Source: Acidimicrobiia bacterium
Lineage (GTDB): Bacteria > Actinomycetota > Acidimicrobiia > IMCC26256 > JACDBD01
DNA: 64,000 nucleotides
Direction: 5' to 3'
Assembly: GCA_035938395.1 (NCBI GenBank)
Contig: DASZGY010000021.1
Coordinates: 1,262 to 65,261, forward strand
In this document: piece after piece, positions 27,570 through 37,528 of the stretch
Layout: the number at the start of each line of letters is the position of its first letter
How positions within the stretch are numbered: the first letter of the stretch is position 1
Translations under genes and position numbers: made by a program
Notes under the pieces: generated by a model
Seen by the model: the letters and a program-made list of their open reading frames with translations, nothing else
The model's database searches: none
Told to the model about the DNA's origin: nothing

Positions 27570-29357
27570 GTGCTCGTGCGGGTCGGCGTCGACACGGGCG
27601 GGACGTTCACGGATCTCGTCCGGGATGACGGGCGGGTGGTCAAAGTGCCGTCCACGCCCGACGACCCGACCCATGCGCTGCAGGCGGCGCTCGACGAGGC
27701 CGACACAGGAGCGCCGGTCGAGTTGCTCGCCCACGGCACCACGGTCGCGACCAACGCTTTGCTCGAGGGACGAGGGGGACGGGTCGCGCTCGTCGCGACG
27801 TACGGGTTCGCCGACGTCATCGAGATCGCGCGCCAGGTCCGGCCCTCGTTGTACGACCCGACGGCCGATCGACCCCGCCCGCTGGTGGAGCGCGGTCTGC
27901 GCATCGACGTCGGGGGGCGTCTCGACGGGCATGGTCGCGAGCTCGAGCCCGTCGACCCGGCGAGCGTCCCGGCCGTGCCGAACGGCGTGGACGCCGTCGC
28001 CGTGTGCCTGCTCCACTCCGACCTCGACGCTGCCCACGAGCACCTGGTCGCCAAGGAGCTCGCGGCGAGGGGGCTGGACGTGACGTGCTCGCACGAGGTC
28101 TCACCCGAGTTCCGCGAGTACGAGCGCACCGTCACGACTGTGGCCAACGCAGTCCTTCGGCCGGTCTGTCGTGACTACCTGCTCGGGCTCGACGGGTTGG
28201 CGCGCGAAGCGCTGGTGATGACGTCCGAAGGTGGCCTCGTGCCGGCGTCCGACGCGGCCGAGCGACCGTCCGCATTGCTGCTCTCCGGGCCGGCCGGGGG
28301 CGTACGCGCGGCGGCGGCGGTCGCGCTCGCCTGCGGCTTCCCCGACGCCGTCTCGTTCGACATGGGCGGAACGAGCACCGACGTCTGCCTCGTGCGCGGC
28401 GGAGTCCCCGAGCCGGCGCCGTCGCGGATGGTCGCCGGCTACCCGATCCGGCTGCCCGCCCTCGACATCCACACGATCGGCGCCGGTGGCGGCTCCATCG
28501 CGCGAATCGACGCCGGCGGCGCCCTCGTGGTCGGCCCCGAGAGCGCCGGCGCGGTCCCCGGTCCCGCGTGCTACGGGCGCGGCGGCGAGAAGCCGACGGT
28601 GACCGACGCCGACCTGGTGCTCGCCCGCATCCCCGACGAAGCCGCGTTCCCCGGTCTCGGTCGACTCGAGGTCGACGCGGCTCAGCGTGCGCTCGAACGC
28701 GAAGGCGTCCCCGCCGACGGCGTCGTCGCAGTCGTCGACGCAGCCATGGAACGGGCCGTTCGGGTCGTCACGGTCGAGCGCGGCGACGACGCGCGCGAGC
28801 TGGCACTGGTCGCGTTCGGCGGAGCAGGTCCACTACACGCGTGCGCCGTGGCCAGCGCGCTCGACATGCGGGCGGTGATCGTCCCGCCGCGCGCGGGCGT
28901 GCTCTCGGCCGTCGGGCTCGTGTGCTCGCCGCGCCAGCGCGAGCTCGTCCGGTCGTGGCCCGAGCCGCTCGAGCACGCGGGTCTCGCCGCCGCCCTCGAT
29001 CGCGTCGCCGCCGAGGCCGTCGCCCTCGTCGGCGGCCACGATGCCGAGGTCGAACGCCTGGTGGATTGCCGCTACGCGGGGCAGAGCCACGAGCTCACGG
29101 TGGCGGGGCCGGACGAGTTCCCCGCCGAGCACGAACGCCGCAACGGCTTCGCCCGGCCCGGTGCGCCGGTCGAGGTCGTGGCGCTGCGCGTCCGGGCCCG
29201 CCGTCCCGCGCCGCTGTCGCCCGCCGACCTCCCGCCGGTCGCGCGGTCCGAAGTGCGCGGCCCCGCGGTCGTGGCCGAGTCCGACTGCACCGTGTGGGTG
29301 CCCGACGGCTGGCGGGCCGAGCCCGGTCCGCTCGGCGCCTGGGTGCTGACGCGATGA
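27570..29357 (+). CDS. hyuA: Hydantoinase/oxoprolinase A subunit
   Basis: VGVDTGGTFTDLV N-terminus and the hydantoinase_A core. 595 aa. Confidence 0.85.
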   Translation: MLVRVGVDTGGTFTDLVRDDGRVVKVPSTPDDPTHALQAALDEADTGAPVELLAHGTTVATNALLEGRGGRVALVATYGFADVIEIARQVRPSLYDPTADRPRPLVERGLRIDVGGRLDGHGRELEPVDPASVPAVPNGVDAVAVCLLHSDLDAAHEHLVAKELAARGLDVTCSHEVSPEFREYERTVTTVANAVLRPVCRDYLLGLDGLAREALVMTSEGGLVPASDAAERPSALLLSGPAGGVRAAAAVALACGFPDAVSFDMGGTSTDVCLVRGGVPEPAPSRMVAGYPIRLPALDIHTIGAGGGSIARIDAGGALVVGPESAGAVPGPACYGRGGEKPTVTDADLVLARIPDEAAFPGLGRLEVDAAQRALEREGVPADGVVAVVDAAMERAVRVVTVERGDDARELALVAFGGAGPLHACAVASALDMRAVIVPPRAGVLSAVGLVCSPRQRELVRSWPEPLEHAGLAAALDRVAAEAVALVGGHDAEVERLVDCRYAGQSHELTVAGPDEFPAEHERRNGFARPGAPVEVVALRVRARRPAPLSPADLPPVARSEVRGPAVVAESDCTVWVPDGWRAEPGPLGAWVLTR

Positions 29358-30904
29358 CTGCGCTCGACGCTGCGTCACTGCAAGTGCTGATCTCGCGGCT
29401 CACCGGGATCGCCGAGGAAATGGGTGCAGTGCTGCGGCGCGCCGCCTACAGCCCCAACATCAAGGAGCGGGCCGACTGCTCGGCGGCGCTGTTCACCGGC
29501 GACGGCGAGCTCCTCGTCCAAGCCGAGCACATCCCCGTGCACCTCGGATCGATGCCGGCGTCGGTGCGCGCCGCCGTCGACGCGTTTGGCGATCGCATCG
29601 AGCCCGGCGACCAGGTGGTGCTGAACGACCCGTACGCCGGCGGTACGCACCTGAACGACGTGACGCTGGTCGCGCCGTGCTTCGCGGGCGGAGAGCTGGT
29701 CGGCTGGGCCGCCAACCGGGCCCATCACGCGGACCTCGGCGGGATGGCGCCGGGATCGATGCCGCCGGAGGCGGTCGACATCCAGCAGGAGGGCCTGCGC
29801 ATCCCACCCGTCCTGCTGACGGAAGGCGTCGCGGAGGTCATCGTCACCAGCTCGCGCACGCCCGACGAGCGGCGCGGCGACCTCGACGCCCAGCACGGGG
29901 CGAACCGGCTCGGTGTGGCCCGCCTCGCCGAGCTCGCGGTCCAGCTGTCGTCGACCGCACGCCTCGCCGAGGTCGTCGACTACGGCGAGCGACGAATGCG
30001 CGCCGCGCTGGCGGCGTTGCCCGACGGGCAATTCCGATTCCATGACGTGCTCGACTCCGCCGGTCCACGTCCCGAGCAGCAGTCACCGACACCGGTCGTC
30101 GTGACGCTCACCGTCGACGGGGACCGCGCGACGTTCGACTTCACGGGCACCGGCACGCAGCGTCCCGGGAACGTCAACGCCGTCGAAGCGGTGACCGTCA
30201 GCGCGGTCGCGTTCGCGCTGCGCTCGGCGACCGACCCGTCGATCCCCGCCAATGGCGGTGCGATGCGGCCCGTGATGGTGATCGCGCCGCCGGGCACGGT
30301 GGTCGCAGCGCGGCCGCCGGCTGCCGTCGGCGCCGGCAACGTCGAGGTGAGCCAGCGCGTCGCAGACGTGTGCCTCGGCGCGCTTGCACTCGCCGTTCCC
30401 GGCCGGCTCGGCGCAGCGGGACAAGGAACGATGAACAACGTGCTCGTCGGCGGCGAGGGATGGGTCTACTACGAGACCGTCGGCGGCGGGCAGGGCGGCC
30501 GCCCGGGCAAGGCGGGGATGAGCGGCGTCCACACCGCGATGACGAACACGCGCGACACGCCCGTCGAGGCGCTCGAGCGGGCGCTCCCGATCCGGGTGCG
30601 CCGCTACGGGTTGCGGCGCGGCAGCGGCGGTGCCGGCGCGTACTCCGGCGGCGACGGCATCGAGCGCGAGCTCGAGGTGCTGGAGCCCGCCACGGTGTCG
30701 CTCGTCACCGAGCGGCGCATCAGCCGGCCGTGGGGACTCGACGGCGGTGAGCCGGGAGCGTCCGGGGAGAACTGGTTGCTCCCTGAGGGTGACGCGCAAC
30801 GGGCACGACGCCTGCCCGACAAGTGCACCGTGCACCTCGCAGCCGGCGACGTGATCCGGTTGCTCACCCCGGGCGGTGGCGGTTTCGGTCGATCGCGTTC
30901 TTGA
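29354..30904 (+). CDS. hyuB: Hydantoinase/oxoprolinase B subunit
   Basis: LNDPYAGGTHLNDVTLV motif. ATG 29354 overlaps the hyuA stop (ATGA). Confidence 0.85.
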   Translation: MTALDAASLQVLISRLTGIAEEMGAVLRRAAYSPNIKERADCSAALFTGDGELLVQAEHIPVHLGSMPASVRAAVDAFGDRIEPGDQVVLNDPYAGGTHLNDVTLVAPCFAGGELVGWAANRAHHADLGGMAPGSMPPEAVDIQQEGLRIPPVLLTEGVAEVIVTSSRTPDERRGDLDAQHGANRLGVARLAELAVQLSSTARLAEVVDYGERRMRAALAALPDGQFRFHDVLDSAGPRPEQQSPTPVVVTLTVDGDRATFDFTGTGTQRPGNVNAVEAVTVSAVAFALRSATDPSIPANGGAMRPVMVIAPPGTVVAARPPAAVGAGNVEVSQRVADVCLGALALAVPGRLGAAGQGTMNNVLVGGEGWVYYETVGGGQGGRPGKAGMSGVHTAMTNTRDTPVEALERALPIRVRRYGLRRGSGGAGAYSGGDGIERELEVLEPATVSLVTERRISRPWGLDGGEPGASGENWLLPEGDAQRARRLPDKCTVHLAAGDVIRLLTPGGGGFGRSRS

Positions 30905-30940
30905 CCGCCGCAGTGGCGGGCCGGAGGGCGCGCACGGTCA

Positions 30941-31411
30941 TCACACTCCCGGACGCACGCTCACGACCTCGACCTGGAACGCGCGGCGCGGCCCCTCGTA
31001 CGTGACGACCTCGCCCGGACCGTGACCGAGCAGGGCCTGGCCGAGCGGCGAGCCGGTCGAAAGCACGTCATAGGTCTCGTGCCGTTCCTCGATGGAGCCG
31101 ACGAGATACAGGGTCGTCTCGTCGTCACCCTCGATCTTCACCTCGACCACGGTGCCCGGCTCCACGACGTCGCCGGCGACCGACTCGACCTGCACCGCAC
31201 GTCGCAGCATGTCCTCGAGCTGGCGGACGCGGGACTCGTTGTGGCCCTGCTCGTTCTTCGCCGCGTCGTAGTCGGCGTTCTCGCGAATGTCGCCGTGCTC
31301 ACGGGCGCGCTCGATCCAAGCCGAGATCTCCCGGCGGTGCTCGCCGGACCGCCATTCGAGCTCCTCCTCGAGCCGTCGGCGCGCGTCCGCTGAAAGGTGC
31401 AGATCGTCCAT
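30941..31411 (-). CDS. greA: Transcription elongation factor GreA
   Basis: Coiled-coil N-terminus with ENADYDAAKNEQ, and a C-terminal FKBP-like domain. 156 aa. Confidence 0.9.
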   Translation of the reverse strand: MDDLHLSADARRRLEEELEWRSGEHRREISAWIERAREHGDIRENADYDAAKNEQGHNESRVRQLEDMLRRAVQVESVAGDVVEPGTVVEVKIEGDDETTLYLVGSIEERHETYDVLSTGSPLGQALLGHGPGEVVTYEGPRRAFQVEVVSVRPGV

Positions 31412-31455
31412 AAGGGGGAGATGCTACCGCCGGCCCTCCGGCAGCCGGACGAGCG

Positions 31456-32142
31456 CTACGTCTTGCGGAAGAAGACCTGGAACTCCATCACGCCCTGGTC
31501 CTTCACCGAGACGAAGCCGCCGATGTTCGGCGCTTCGATCTGGTAGTCCGCGAACCGGACGTCGAGGCTGCCGACGACCTGGATGTCGCGGCCGTCCCAG
31601 CGGCCCTCCAGCGGGATCGACACCGGGCGCGTGACGCCGTGCAGCGTGAAATCGCCTTTGGCCGTCGTGTGCACCGTCTCACCCACCTTGGGGACCGACT
31701 GAAACGAGATCGGCTGGGTGAGCACGAACTTCGACTGCGGGAACTTCTCCGATTCGAGGCCGAGGCTCTTGATGCGGTTGTCGCGCATGTCGCGATCCGA
31801 CTTGAGGCTCAGCAGGTTGGCATCGACGGTGACGTCCTTCACGGTCATCCCGTCGATCGCGAAGCTGCCCGTGACCTCGCTCGTGCGACCGGTGGCGGTG
31901 CTCTCCACCCCCACCGCCGCCAGCTGCTCCTGTACGCGGTACCCGACGAAGCTCTGGGCGTCGCCGGCGGCGACTCGGTACGTGCCGTCCAGCGAGCCAC
32001 CGCCGACGGTGGTGGTCTTGGTGATCGCCGCCGGCGGCTTGGGATCGCTCTTGAGGAAGAAGTACCAGCCGCCTACTGCGAGCCCGGCGAGCAGCACGAC
32101 CAGGGCGCCCACGCCGATCAGGACCTTCGTCAGCAACCTCAT
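31456..32142 (-). CDS. YceI family protein with N-terminal membrane anchor
   Basis: TM segment VLIGVGALVVLLAGLAVGGWYFF, then a YceI-like beta-barrel region (SLKSDRDMRDNRIKS...KFPQSKF). Confidence 0.75.
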   Translation of the reverse strand: MRLLTKVLIGVGALVVLLAGLAVGGWYFFLKSDPKPPAAITKTTTVGGGSLDGTYRVAAGDAQSFVGYRVQEQLAAVGVESTATGRTSEVTGSFAIDGMTVKDVTVDANLLSLKSDRDMRDNRIKSLGLESEKFPQSKFVLTQPISFQSVPKVGETVHTTAKGDFTLHGVTRPVSIPLEGRWDGRDIQVVGSLDVRFADYQIEAPNIGGFVSVKDQGVMEFQVFFRKT

Positions 32143-32256
32143 CCACCCTCCGAGGTCGGCGTCGCATCACGCTACAGATGTATACGGACGACCGGCGTCA
32201 GGGGTTCGGAATTCTTCTCATGCTCGCTTCATGCGAAGGTCCGTAGTCACACGACA

Positions 32257-33834
32257 GTGGACCGGCGGCAGTTCCTCTTCGGCGCGGCCGCGTTCGCTGC
32301 CGCCGCGGTCGCGGGCGTTGCGATCGGGTTCGACGAGCTGCAGGGGAGCGGACCCGCGCGTCCCGGCCGCCGAGCCAAGCCCAATGCGAGCAGCCCGCCC
32401 GCGACCGCTGCTCCGCTCGTGCCCGCCGACGCTCTCCATGCCGAGTGGGTCGCAGCGGAAAACGCCAAGCCGGGCACCGCCAGCTGGCAGATCACGGGGC
32501 CAGCCGAAGGCGACGCCATGGAGGGCTACGCGAGCGCGGTGAGCGCGGTCCAGGGGGACACCGTCATGCTCTACGCGTCGACGGCTGCGCGGTCGTTTCA
32601 CGTCGAGGCATACCGGATGGGCTGGTACGGAGGAACCGGCGGACGGTTGGTCTGGAGGTCGGACGACATTCCCGGCAAGCGGCAATCCGCGCCCACCGTC
32701 ACGCCGGGCGTCAACCTCGTCGAGGCAAGCTGGCAACCGTCGACCCGGATCACCGTCGACGCGTCGTGGCCGCCGGGGTGCTACCTGCTCAAGCTCGTCG
32801 CTCCCGCCGAGGGAGTGCAACGGTGGGTACCGCTCACGGTTCGGGACGACTCGAGCCGTTCCGCGTTCCTCATGATGAACGCGGTGTCCGAGTGGCAGGC
32901 CTATAACGAGTGGGGCGGGTACTCCCTGTACTTCGGGCGCGGACGCGGCGGCCGGACCTTCGGCAACCGCGGCCGAATCGTGTCGTACGACCGGCCGTAC
33001 TCGCAGACCGGCGGCGCGGGCGACTTCGTGGGGCTCGAGTTCCCCCTCGTCCAACTGCTCGAGCGACTCGGTTACGACGTGAGCTACATCACGAGCGTCG
33101 ACCTTCACCGCCGTCCCGAGCTCGTCCTTCAACACCGGACGCTCCTCTCGCCCGGGCATGACGAGTACTGGTCGAAGCCGATGCGTGACGGCGCAGAAGC
33201 CGCCCGGGACCATGGCGTGAACCTCGCGTTCTTCGGAGCCAACGCCGCCTACCGCCAGATCCGATTCGAACCTTCGTCCACTGGACCGGACCGTCACCAG
33301 GTCTGCTACAAGGCGGCCAACGAAGACCCGATGCGCATGACCGATCCGTCACTGGTCACTGTGAACTGGCGCGACCCGCCGCTGAATCGACCCGAGAGCT
33401 CGATGATCGGCCAGCAGTACGAGTGCAACCCGGTGAAGGCGGACATGGTGATCACCGATCCGGGCGCGTGGGTCTTCGAAGGCACAGGCGTGACCGCGGG
33501 TCAGAGGCTCGTCGACGGCGTCGGGCCCGAGTTCGACCGGTACATCGCGGGACCGATGACGCCCCGCAACGTCCAGATCCTCGCTCACTCGCCGGTGAAC
33601 TGCCACGGCAAGGCGAGTTTCTCCGACATGACCTATTACACGGCGCCCAGCGGCGCGGGGGTGTTCGCGTCCGGATCGATCTGGTGGATCACCAAATCGA
33701 CGCCGCCCGGACCAAATTCGCCGTTCAACCCCATCGCCAACGCCGCCACCGAGAACGTCCTGCGCGTCTTCGGGGCGGGGCCTGCCGGGCACACGCATCC
33801 CTCCACGCCGAACGCGATGACCGTGCATCCGTGA
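32257..33834 (+). CDS. Tat-exported protein, N,N-dimethylformamidase large-subunit-like family
   Basis: The twin-arginine motif DRRQFLFGAAAFAAAAVAG sits right after GTG 32257. The remainder resembles the DMFase beta-subunit-like domain family, but this is recalled, not searched. Confidence 0.5.
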   Translation: MDRRQFLFGAAAFAAAAVAGVAIGFDELQGSGPARPGRRAKPNASSPPATAAPLVPADALHAEWVAAENAKPGTASWQITGPAEGDAMEGYASAVSAVQGDTVMLYASTAARSFHVEAYRMGWYGGTGGRLVWRSDDIPGKRQSAPTVTPGVNLVEASWQPSTRITVDASWPPGCYLLKLVAPAEGVQRWVPLTVRDDSSRSAFLMMNAVSEWQAYNEWGGYSLYFGRGRGGRTFGNRGRIVSYDRPYSQTGGAGDFVGLEFPLVQLLERLGYDVSYITSVDLHRRPELVLQHRTLLSPGHDEYWSKPMRDGAEAARDHGVNLAFFGANAAYRQIRFEPSSTGPDRHQVCYKAANEDPMRMTDPSLVTVNWRDPPLNRPESSMIGQQYECNPVKADMVITDPGAWVFEGTGVTAGQRLVDGVGPEFDRYIAGPMTPRNVQILAHSPVNCHGKASFSDMTYYTAPSGAGVFASGSIWWITKSTPPGPNSPFNPIANAATENVLRVFGAGPAGHTHPSTPNAMTVHP

Positions 33835-33878
33835 TGATCCAATCCAGGGTCCGGACTCGAGCGGATCGACTACGATCG

Positions 33879-33975
33879 ATGCCGATGAGCCGACTCAGCA
33901 CCGTCATCGTCATTCGCTAGCGAACGCCGGCGCCCGGCGTTCGCCCTCGACCGTCCACTTCGGTGGGCGGTTTTT
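33879..33975 (+). promoter_or_regulatory. Leader peptide M(PM)[10 protein letters not shown] plus hairpin and intrinsic terminator upstream of leuB-ilvE-cimA: an Ile/Val attenuator
   Basis: ATG 33879 or 33885 to TAG 33920, with GTC ATC GTC ATT codons. Perfect 11-bp hairpin GCGAACGCCGG-cgc-CCGGCGTTCGC at 33920-33944. CCGTCCAC-TTCG-GTGGGCGG followed by TTTTT at 33951-33975. Confidence 0.6.
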
Positions 33976-33999
33976 CGTTCTCGGCAACTTGTCAGGAAA

Positions 34000-35013
34000 G
34001 TGCAGGAGCAGGACAGCACCGTGACCCACAGCATCGGGATCATCGGCGGCGACGGCATCGGCCCCGAGGTCGTCGCCGAGGCGCTCAAGGTCGTCGACGC
34101 CACCGGCGTCGCCTACGAGCCTGTGGTGTTCGACCTCGGCGGCGCGCGCTACCTGCGCACGGGCGAGGTCCTCCCCGACGCGGTGGTCGGGGAGATCGAC
34201 GACCTCGACGCCGTCCTGCTCGGCGCGGTGGGGACGCCCGACGTCCCGCCGGGCGTGCTCGAGCGGGGCTTGCTCCTCCGGCTGCGCTTCGAGCTCGACC
34301 TGTACGTCAACCTGCGTCCGTTCAAGGCCGGGCCCAGCGCGCTGAACACCGGGGTCGACTGCGTCGTCGTGCGCGAGAACACCGAAGGCGTCTACGCCGG
34401 CGAGGGCGGGTTCCTGCGCCGAGGCACTCCCAACGAGGTCGCGACGCAGGGCTCGGTGAACACACGCCTGGGCGTCGAGCGGTGCGTCCGCTTCGCGTTC
34501 GATCTCGCTCGATCACGCGAACGCCGGCATTTGACGCTCGTCCACAAGACGAACGTGCTGACGTTCGCCGGCGACCTCTGGCAGCGCACCTTCGACGACG
34601 TCGCGACCGAGTACGGAGACGTCTCGACGGGCTACCAGCACGTCGACGCCGCGTGCATCCACCTCGTCCAGGATCCGGGCCGCTACGACGTGATCGTCAC
34701 CGACAACCTCTTCGGCGACATCCTCACCGACCTGGCCGGCGCCGTCTCCGGCGGGATCGGCCGTGCCGCCTCCGCCAACCTGAATCCGGCCCGGACGGGC
34801 CCGTCGGTGTTCGAGCCGGTGCACGGCTCGGCGCCGGACATCGCAGGAACCGGACAGGCCGACCCCCGGGCTGCGATCATCTCGGTAGCGATGCTGCTGG
34901 AGTTCCTCGGCGAGACCGAGGCGGCTGCCCGAGTCGAGAAGGCGGTGGCCGCGTCGGACGACGTGAGCGGGACCACGTCGGAGATCGGCGACGCGATCGC
35001 CGGAAAGGTGTGA
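34000..35013 (+). CDS. leuB: 3-isopropylmalate dehydrogenase
   Basis: [13 protein letters not shown] and [19 protein letters not shown] motifs. 337 aa (the start may be a few codons downstream). Confidence 0.9.
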   Translation: MQEQDSTVTHSIGIIGGDGIGPEVVAEALKVVDATGVAYEPVVFDLGGARYLRTGEVLPDAVVGEIDDLDAVLLGAVGTPDVPPGVLERGLLLRLRFELDLYVNLRPFKAGPSALNTGVDCVVVRENTEGVYAGEGGFLRRGTPNEVATQGSVNTRLGVERCVRFAFDLARSRERRHLTLVHKTNVLTFAGDLWQRTFDDVATEYGDVSTGYQHVDAACIHLVQDPGRYDVIVTDNLFGDILTDLAGAVSGGIGRAASANLNPARTGPSVFEPVHGSAPDIAGTGQADPRAAIISVAMLLEFLGETEAAARVEKAVAASDDVSGTTSEIGDAIAGKV

Positions 35014-35016
35014 AGG

Positions 35017-35937
35017 ATGCCCATCGACAAGACGGCGAAGATCTGGATGGACGGGAAGCTCGTCGACTGGGACGACGCCCGCATCCACGTCCTCACCCAC
35101 ACGCTGCACTACGGCTCGGGCGTGTTCGAGGGCATCCGCGCCTACCCGACGGCCGCCGGACCGGCGGTGTTCCGGCTCACCGACCACATGCGTCGGCTCT
35201 TGCAGTCCGCGCACTTCTTCATGATGGAGGTGCCATACACGCTCGAGGAGCTCGTCGACGCGACGAAGGAGACGATCCGGGTCAACCAGGTGGAGTCCTG
35301 CTACATCCGCCCGATCGCGTTCCTCGGCTACGGCGAGATGGGTCTCAACCCGCTGCTGTCCCCGGTGAACGTGTCGATCGCGGTGTGGCCGTGGGGCACG
35401 TACCTCGGCGACGAGGCGCTCAAGCACGGCGTGCGCATGAAGGTGTCGTCGTGGCGGCGCATGGACCCCAACGTGAACCCGGTGGCGGCGAAGGGCACGG
35501 GCATCTACATCAACTCGAGCCTCGCGAAGGTGGAAGCGCTCCATTCCGGTTACGACGAGGCGATCCTGCTCAACACGCACGGGTTCATCGCCGAGTGCAC
35601 GGGCGAGAACGTGTTCGTCGTGAAGGAGGGCGCGCTCATCACGCCGCCGCTCTCTTCGGGCGCGCTCGAAGGGATCACGCGTGACTCGGTGATGACCATC
35701 GCGCGTGACCTCGGCTACGAGGTGCGGGAGGAGAACCTCCTGCGAACCGACCTCTACAGCGCCGAAGAGGCGTTCCTCACCGGTACCGCGGCCGAGATCG
35801 TCCCGATGCGCTCGGTCGACGATCGCGAGATCGGCGAGCCCGGCGAGATCACGCGCAAGATCCAGGAGATCTACTTCGCCACCGTCCACGGCGAGGTGCC
35901 GCAATACAAAGAGTGGTTGGAATATGCCGGAGAATGA
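35017..35937 (+). CDS. ilvE: Branched-chain amino acid aminotransferase
   Basis: Class IV aminotransferase features (FEGIRAY, GENVFVVKEGALITPP, LEGITRDSV). 306 aa. Confidence 0.9.
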   Translation: MPIDKTAKIWMDGKLVDWDDARIHVLTHTLHYGSGVFEGIRAYPTAAGPAVFRLTDHMRRLLQSAHFFMMEVPYTLEELVDATKETIRVNQVESCYIRPIAFLGYGEMGLNPLLSPVNVSIAVWPWGTYLGDEALKHGVRMKVSSWRRMDPNVNPVAAKGTGIYINSSLAKVEALHSGYDEAILLNTHGFIAECTGENVFVVKEGALITPPLSSGALEGITRDSVMTIARDLGYEVREENLLRTDLYSAEEAFLTGTAAEIVPMRSVDDREIGEPGEITRKIQEIYFATVHGEVPQYKEWLEYAGE

Positions 35938-37519
35938 CGTTCCGAGCCGAGTCGAGATCTACGACACCACGCTGCGCGACGGAGCGCAGCTCGAAGGCAT
36001 CTCGCTCACCGTCGACGACAAGCTTCGCATCGCCGAGCAGCTCGACTGGCTGGGCGTCCATTACATCGAGGCGGGCTGGCCCGGCTCCAATCCCAAGGAC
36101 GACGAGGCCTTTCGCCGGATCCCCCACGAGCTGAAGCTCGGGACGAGCAAGGTCGTCGCGTTCGGTTCGACGCGGCGCGTGAAGGGGAAGGTCGACTCCG
36201 ACGACACCTTGCGGCACCTCCTCGAGGCGAACACCGAGGCCGTGTGCATCGTCGGCAAGTCGTGGGACTACCACATCACCGAGGCACTCCAGACCACGCT
36301 CGACGAGGGCGCGGCGATGGTCGCCGACTCGGTGGAGTTCCTGCGGGCCAACGGCCGCCAGGTGCTCTTCGACGCCGAGCACTTCTTCGACGGCTACCGC
36401 AGCAACCCGGAGTTCGCGCTGCGTGTCCTCGAGGGCGCGGCCCAGGCGGGCGCGTCGCACCTCGTGCTGTGCGACACGAACGGCGGGACGCTGCCGCACG
36501 ACGTCGAGCGCGTCGTGCGCGAGGTCGTCGCCTACTTCGGCGGCGACGTCGCCGTCGCCGTGCACCTCCACGACGACGCCGGCACCGGGGTCGCCAACGC
36601 GCTGGCCGGTGTACGCGGCGGTGCCACCCAGGTGCAAGGGACGATCAACGGGTACGGCGAGCGGACAGGGAACTGCAACCTCACCGCGATCATCCCGAAC
36701 CTCACGCTGAAGATGGGGATCGAGACCATCCCGCCCGACCGGCTCGAGCGCCTCACGCCCGTCGCCCATCACGTGGCCGAGCTCGTGAACATGGCGCTGA
36801 ACGCGCAAGCCGCCTACGTGGGCACGTCGGCGTTCGCGCACAAGGGCGGCATCCACGCCAGCGCCATCGCCCGGAAGCCCGACGCGTACGAGCACGTGCG
36901 CCCCGAGCTGGTCGGCAACCGCACACACGTCGTCGTGTCGGAGCTCGCCGGGCGCAGCAACCTCGCGATGAAGGCAAAGGAGCTCGGCATCGAGCTCGAC
37001 GGGCCCCAGCTCAGCGAGATGGTCGACACGCTGAAGCAGCTCGAGCACGAGGGGTACCACTTCGAGGTGGCTGACGGGTCGCTGGAGCTCCTCATGCGGC
37101 ACGCGACCGGGTGGCGACAGGACTGGTTCCACGTCGAGGAATGGGAAGTGATCGTCGAGGACGCCCGCGACGACGAGCGCCTGTCGACGCAGGCGATCGT
37201 CCGCGGCCGCGCCGACGGCGACCCGTTCCACGAGATCGCGACGGGCAACGGCCCCGTGAACGCGCTCGACGCCGCCCTGCGCAAGGCCATCGCGACGCGC
37301 TACCCGGAGCTCGATCGGATCCATCTCACCGACTACAAGGTGCGGGTGCTCGACACGCACAAGGGCACCGGCGCCGTCACCAGGGTGCTCGTCGACAGCA
37401 CCGACGGCGAGGAGACGTGGACGACGATCGGGGTGGGGGAGAACATCATCGAGGCGTCGTGGCAGGCGCTCGAGGACTCGCTCGTGTACGGGTTGCTTCG
37501 AGCCCAACTGCGCGGCTAG
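35924..37519 (+). CDS. cimA: Citramalate synthase (LeuA paralogue of the CimA type)
   Basis: VEIYDTTLRDGAQLEGISLTVDDKLRIAEQLDWLGVHYIEAGWPGSNPKDDEAF matches the CimA-type N-terminus. ATG 35924 overlaps the ilvE 3' end by 14 nt. Confidence 0.75.
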   Translation: MPENDVPSRVEIYDTTLRDGAQLEGISLTVDDKLRIAEQLDWLGVHYIEAGWPGSNPKDDEAFRRIPHELKLGTSKVVAFGSTRRVKGKVDSDDTLRHLLEANTEAVCIVGKSWDYHITEALQTTLDEGAAMVADSVEFLRANGRQVLFDAEHFFDGYRSNPEFALRVLEGAAQAGASHLVLCDTNGGTLPHDVERVVREVVAYFGGDVAVAVHLHDDAGTGVANALAGVRGGATQVQGTINGYGERTGNCNLTAIIPNLTLKMGIETIPPDRLERLTPVAHHVAELVNMALNAQAAYVGTSAFAHKGGIHASAIARKPDAYEHVRPELVGNRTHVVVSELAGRSNLAMKAKELGIELDGPQLSEMVDTLKQLEHEGYHFEVADGSLELLMRHATGWRQDWFHVEEWEVIVEDARDDERLSTQAIVRGRADGDPFHEIATGNGPVNALDAALRKAIATRYPELDRIHLTDYKVRVLDTHKGTGAVTRVLVDSTDGEETWTTIGVGENIIEASWQALEDSLVYGLLRAQLRG

Positions 37520-37528
37520 CGACTACCC

